This document shows positions 59,124 to 64,000 of a stretch of DNA of 64,000 nt, piece after piece; position 1 is the first letter of the stretch, and each line of letters opens with the position of its first letter. Source of the DNA: Nitrospirota bacterium. Its GTDB lineage: Bacteria > Nitrospinota_A > UBA7883 > JACRGQ01. Below the pieces are notes generated by a model. That model was not told where the DNA came from, ran no database searches, and saw only the letters and a program-made list of their open reading frames with translations. The stretch lies in contig JAJRYD010000007.1 of the NCBI GenBank assembly GCA_024275955.1, positions 187 to 64,186 of the forward strand, written 5' to 3'. The position numbers and the translations under genes are program-made.

Positions 59124-59885
59124 ATGTTCAAAAGATTTACCGCCTGTTTTGCGATGTTTGCCGTTGCTATGGCAATAGGTTTCTCCAGCCCGTCCTTTGC
59201 CGAGCAGATAGACCACTCGAAACATGCAAAAGAGCCTCTTCACAACATGGAAGGGATAGAAGAGATACCAGGAACCAAGCCGAAAAAACCTGCTAACCAG
59301 ATATTCCGCACGAAAGATATTGAAATGACTAGAGACGGATTTTTTCTAGATCAGGCAGGAAACGAAGTGGTGATCGAGGACTATAGGGGAAAGATAGTTT
59401 TAATGGATTTTATCTACACCTCCTGCAGGTACGGCCATTGCCAGTACCTTAATAACAAGATGAAATTCATCAGCCGCAAACTGCTGGAGAATGTAGGGAA
59501 AAATGTACAGCTTGTAAGCATAAGTTTCGACCCTGAAATAGATAGCGTGGAAGTGATGAGCGAGTATTCTAAAAAGTACGAACCGGACCCGCGAAGATGG
59601 GCATTCCTTACCGGCGGCCCGGGAGACGTGGCCGACCTTGCCGAACGGTACAACATAATCTTTAGGTGGGATATGAAAGACGACGCGTATAATCACAGCA
59701 TGAAAACGATCCTTCTTGACAGGGAAGGCAACGTGGTTCGCGAATACCGAGGGATGGGCTACAAACTTCAAAAAGTGATAGACGATATTAAGATTATGCT
59801 CTCTGGAAAAACATTGGAACCGATGAACAATGCTATACCTTCAAACCCTGCAACGGGAGAGAAGATGGACCACGAGTGGCGGTAG
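59124..59885 (+). CDS. SCO/SenC-family copper chaperone
   Basis: signal peptide, DQAG, DFIYTSCRYGHC, SISFDPEID, WAFLTG, NHS. Confidence 0.88.
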   Translation: MFKRFTACFAMFAVAMAIGFSSPSFAEQIDHSKHAKEPLHNMEGIEEIPGTKPKKPANQIFRTKDIEMTRDGFFLDQAGNEVVIEDYRGKIVLMDFIYTSCRYGHCQYLNNKMKFISRKLLENVGKNVQLVSISFDPEIDSVEVMSEYSKKYEPDPRRWAFLTGGPGDVADLAERYNIIFRWDMKDDAYNHSMKTILLDREGNVVREYRGMGYKLQKVIDDIKIMLSGKTLEPMNNAIPSNPATGEKMDHEWR

Positions 59886-59894
59886 CGCCCTCTT

Positions 59895-61448
59895 TTACCG
59901 CACAGCCTTTACTATTCTAGATATCGACGCTGGAATAAGATTTACGAGTTCCGATGCCGATAGCGAAAAAGCATCACTCTTTTCCAGATATATATCGGCC
60001 GCAAGCCCATGAATGTAGACCGCGGCAAAAGCCGCTTCGCTGGAAGAAAAGCCTTTAGCTATAAAGCCGGTTATCATTCCGGCAAGGACATCGCCCGTAC
60101 CTCCACTCGCAAGGTTTGGATTGCCTGTCATATTCAGATACGCCTCCCCCGAAGGCAACGCCACTACCGTCCTTGCGCCTTTTAAAACTGTAACGCAATT
60201 AAACTTTTTTGAAAAATCTTTTGCTGTGCCTAGCCGATTGGAGTTCACCTTCTCCGTCGAAATAGACGCAAGGCGCGCCATCTCGCCGGGGTGCGGTGTA
60301 ATAACTGCCGGCGTTTTCGCTTTCAGTAAAATATCGGGGTTTTCCGCGATGTTGTTTAGGCCGTCTGCGTCTATCACCAGAGGCAGGTTTGAACCGCGAA
60401 TAATTTTATCTATAAAAGCTGTTCGGTTGCCGCCTTGCCCCATGCCAGGGCCTAGCAACAGAGCAGATTTATCGAAGGCAAACTCCAAAAGTTTATCGGC
60501 ATCACCGTTTTCATAACCGCCTTTCCCAACTGGAAGCGTCATCACCTCCGGCATGCCGGCCTCCATAGAGTCGGAAAGCTCTTTTGAAACGACAGCGGTT
60601 GAAAGCCCCGCTCCAACTTTAAGGGCGGAGAGAGCGGAGAGAGCGATAGCGCCTCCCATGCCGGTTGAACCGCCAGCGACAACTGCGTGACCAAAAGTTC
60701 CTTTATGAGCCGATGGAGGCGGGGCAAAAAGCAGTTCACGCAGATACTCCGCGTCGAGAATAAAAGCATCGCATGCCGATTTTTTAAGCAAATCCAGCGG
60801 AAAGCTTATATTCACCCCTTTTAATTTTCCGACAGATTCCGCCGCAGGATAAAACATTAAGCCGGTTTTGGGAAATCCATAACTAACGGTAGCGTCAGCT
60901 TTAATGTTAAGCGGGTAGACAGCACCGTTATCCGAGCAAAGCCCGGTTGGGATATCGAGCGAGAGGCAAAATCTTTTCCACTCGTTTATCTTTTCGACAA
61001 CCGTTTTGTAGATACCTTTTAGTTCAGAGCTTATTCCAGTTCCCAAAAGCGCGTCCACAATAATATCGGCATCCCTTATAAAAGATTCATGCTCTTTTAT
61101 TTCTGCATCGTTTTGGAGCACCACTATTGAACCGCCGATGCTTTGGAAAATTTCCATATTAAGTTTGGCATCCCCTTTTAGAGATTTTTTTTCAGACAAA
61201 AGATAAACGATTACTTTATTGCCTTTAAGAAGCATATGTCTCGCGACAACAAATCCGTCGCCGCCGTTATTGCCTTTCCCGCAAAAAACGGAGAACCGCT
61301 TCCCTTTAAGCGAGCCAAAAATCTCTTCAAGAAAAACTATTGATTGTAAACCGGCATTTTCCATTAGAATCGTTTCGGGGATTCCGTATTCTTTTATCGC
61401 TATACGGTCTATTTCTCTCATCTGAAACGTGGAGACTATTTTTTGCAT
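59895..61448 (-). CDS. nnr: bifunctional NAD(P)H-hydrate epimerase/dehydratase
   Basis: LMENAG, CGKGNNGGDG, DALLGTG, HKGTFGH, DADGLN, TPHPGEM, GGTGDVLAG. Confidence 0.96.
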   Translation of the reverse strand: MQKIVSTFQMREIDRIAIKEYGIPETILMENAGLQSIVFLEEIFGSLKGKRFSVFCGKGNNGGDGFVVARHMLLKGNKVIVYLLSEKKSLKGDAKLNMEIFQSIGGSIVVLQNDAEIKEHESFIRDADIIVDALLGTGISSELKGIYKTVVEKINEWKRFCLSLDIPTGLCSDNGAVYPLNIKADATVSYGFPKTGLMFYPAAESVGKLKGVNISFPLDLLKKSACDAFILDAEYLRELLFAPPPSAHKGTFGHAVVAGGSTGMGGAIALSALSALKVGAGLSTAVVSKELSDSMEAGMPEVMTLPVGKGGYENGDADKLLEFAFDKSALLLGPGMGQGGNRTAFIDKIIRGSNLPLVIDADGLNNIAENPDILLKAKTPAVITPHPGEMARLASISTEKVNSNRLGTAKDFSKKFNCVTVLKGARTVVALPSGEAYLNMTGNPNLASGGTGDVLAGMITGFIAKGFSSSEAAFAAVYIHGLAADIYLEKSDAFSLSASELVNLIPASISRIVKAVR

Positions 61449-61480
61449 GCTAAAATTTTAACATTATTTAGAAAAGGTGA

Positions 61481-61526
61481 AAAAAAGGCTGGGGCTTTCC
61501 CCCCCTAAAATAGGAAACCCCAGCCT
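61481..61526 (-). terminator. rho-independent terminator after the HU gene
   Basis: minus strand aggctggggtttcc...ggaaagccccagcct followed by T6. Confidence 0.7.
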
Positions 61527-61548
61527 ACGAGATAACTAGCTGTTTAAA

Positions 61549-61839
61549 CTACTTCTTACCGAGAACCGCGTCTTTGCAGGCTTTGGCAATACGAAACTTG
61601 CAAACTTTCTTTGCCGGTATTTTTATCGCTTCGCCTGTCTGCGGGTTTCTTCCCATCCGCGCTTTTCGGTTCTGCAAGACAAGCTTACCAAGACCTGGAA
61701 TAGTAAAACCGTTTTTAGCTTCTTTGTAGGCAAGGGTTATAAGCTCTTCCACGAACTCATTCGCAACTTTTTTAGTAACACCCATCTTCTCCGAAAGGTG
61801 ATCCATTATTTTAGATTTAGTCATCGAATTACTGGCCAT
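61549..61839 (-). CDS. hup: HU-family DNA-binding protein
   Basis: IPGLGKL...RKARMGRNPQTGEAIKIPAK. Confidence 0.95.
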   Translation of the reverse strand: MASNSMTKSKIMDHLSEKMGVTKKVANEFVEELITLAYKEAKNGFTIPGLGKLVLQNRKARMGRNPQTGEAIKIPAKKVCKFRIAKACKDAVLGKK

Positions 61840-61934
61840 TTGAAATCCCCCATAGAATTAAAACGAACGCCTGTCTTAAACACTAAGGGGGACAGAGTAC
61901 ACAAATGCTTCACTATTGGCAAGAAAAAACTCTA

Positions 61935-62330
61935 CTATTTCAAACCGCTACCGGAGCTCTTTTGCCATATAACAGAAGCTATAGCGTAATTTTTTTCGTG
62001 CGAAATAGAGAGCAGGAAATCTTCAGATTTTATCTCCGGCAACAGGCGTAAAAGCTTGCCGGAGAAGAAAAAGCGCGGCGGTTCTCCTTCGTTTCTTGAG
62101 ACTGTCACATCGCTTAGACCAAAACCGACGAACCCTCTTCCGACAGCTTTGGCGAACGCCTCTTTGGCGGCAAAACGGGAAGCTATGAACGGAGCGTAAT
62201 CGCTATATCTCTTGGCAGACTCTATCTCTCCATCACCAAAAAATTTTTGAAGAAACCTATTGCCGTACTTGGAGAGAAGATGCCGAACGCGAGCCACCTC
62301 TACGATGTCGACCCCATGACCACGAATCAT
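61935..62330 (-). CDS. acpS: holo-ACP synthase
   Basis: GHGVDIVE, ASRFAAKEAFAKA, SISHE..YA.A.V. Confidence 0.95.
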   Translation of the reverse strand: MIRGHGVDIVEVARVRHLLSKYGNRFLQKFFGDGEIESAKRYSDYAPFIASRFAAKEAFAKAVGRGFVGFGLSDVTVSRNEGEPPRFFFSGKLLRLLPEIKSEDFLLSISHEKNYAIASVIWQKSSGSGLK

Positions 62331-62333
62331 TTT

Positions 62334-63107
62334 CTAATAAAGGGCGGCCTGTTTTCCGCCGACCGGAGCCTTGAGTTCCATTATCTTCACCCCTGCTTGA
62401 GTCTGCATTAGCGCTTTTTTAAAAATCTCTTTGGCAGGCTCGGAAAGATCCGGTATCTTTTTTAACTGCTTTATGAGGAGTACATATTCCTTTTTCAGCT
62501 TTCGCTCACTTTTTAGATGGTCATTAAATTCCATAAGCTGTTTTCTTATATCATCTTTATAAAGCGATATCTTGTGGTTGACCATTTCCAGCTTCTCCTC
62601 ATGCCCCTCAAGACTGATAGAAGCCTTCTCGATATTTGCAAAGAGCTTAGACTTTGTTTCTTCCAACCCCTGCATCTTTCCCTCTATGCCGGAAAAAGCT
62701 TCGGATATTCCGCTAAGATACTTCTTCTTTTCGTCTTTTAGCTTTTCAAGAGAAGAATCGGCACTAAAGCTATGCGCTCCTGTGGAGCTTCCCTCAAGCA
62801 TTTTAGCGTACTGTTTCGTAAGCTCGGCATGCTCGGCATCAGCTTGACACATTTCACTTTTTAAAGATTCTATTTTTCTTGCCGTTTTTTGAAGTGACAG
62901 TTTTATTTTTCCAGCGTTACGCTCAGACTCTTCCCTATGCTCAAGTAGCCTTTCTATCTTTTTTTCGAGTATTTCCGAACGGCTGGAAACATACGGGATA
63001 ATGATGCGGTATTTGCGGAGAAGGTCTTCAAAATGGTCGGAAGCCGCCTTCTCCTCGTTCATCAAGCGCGCGACCTTTTTCAGCTGTTTATCCTCATTTT
63101 CGTCCAT
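62334..63107 (-). CDS. coiled-coil hypothetical protein
   Basis: 257 aa, E/K/L-rich heptad composition; GGGGG RBS. Confidence 0.75.
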   Translation of the reverse strand: MDENEDKQLKKVARLMNEEKAASDHFEDLLRKYRIIIPYVSSRSEILEKKIERLLEHREESERNAGKIKLSLQKTARKIESLKSEMCQADAEHAELTKQYAKMLEGSSTGAHSFSADSSLEKLKDEKKKYLSGISEAFSGIEGKMQGLEETKSKLFANIEKASISLEGHEEKLEMVNHKISLYKDDIRKQLMEFNDHLKSERKLKKEYVLLIKQLKKIPDLSEPAKEIFKKALMQTQAGVKIMELKAPVGGKQAALY

Positions 63108-63321
63108 TCCCCCTTATCGACATAACCTTTGTAAATGTTTACCAGATTCTATCACACCGATAAACCGAGGCGATAGAAGGCCCCTCTTATCTTTTACGAA
63201 AGATGCTCCTGCCGGTTGCGGCTTAATCTTCCCTTATCCTGCAAGGGCAATATTGACAGCCGGATAAGAGAGGCTATTGCGTGCATCTTGCCGACAATGT
63301 AAAATCAGAAAAACTGGGTGA

Positions 63322-64000
<679 letters not shown>

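Noticed and set aside
63114-63141. Second sigma-28-like promoter (TAAA-N16-GTCGATAA, minus strand)
   Set aside because: The -10 element abuts the RBS, putting the TSS at the start codon; possible only if leaderless.

Overview
Mostly core chromosome of a Gram-negative bacterium, roughly 45% GC by eye. The gene mix (sigma-54 signalling, PilZ/GGDEF proteins, multiheme cytochromes, trmD-SPOUT fusion, NhaA plus NhaD) suggests a Nitrospinota- or deltaproteobacteria-like and possibly marine lineage; that is inference only. Housekeeping genes: purB-purC-purS-purQ, mfd, pgsA, exbBD, ffh-rpsP-khpA-rimM-trmD-rplS, comM/yifB, polA, nadA, degP-like protease, nnr, HU, acpS, partial eno and tRNA-Ser(GCT). 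Accessory content: a c-di-GMP locus (two PilZ proteins, a GGDEF cyclase, an HD-GYP relic lacking its catalytic core), a methanofuran-pathway-like ATP-grasp/hydantoinase pair, and a 5-heme plus 15-heme cytochrome operon with a Rex/CRP-like box. The most distinctive signal is intergenic. A ~130-bp TIR-bounded MITE family has at least 9 copies in two subtypes, including one nested insertion. A second structured repeat with covarying stems occurs twice, once inside a ~245-bp mini-island bounded by tRNA-Ser and a duplicate of its 3' end. A third direct-repeat-flanked element follows rplS. No CRISPR array, transposase or integrase was seen. Three frame or stop defects lie at homopolymers and may be sequencing errors.
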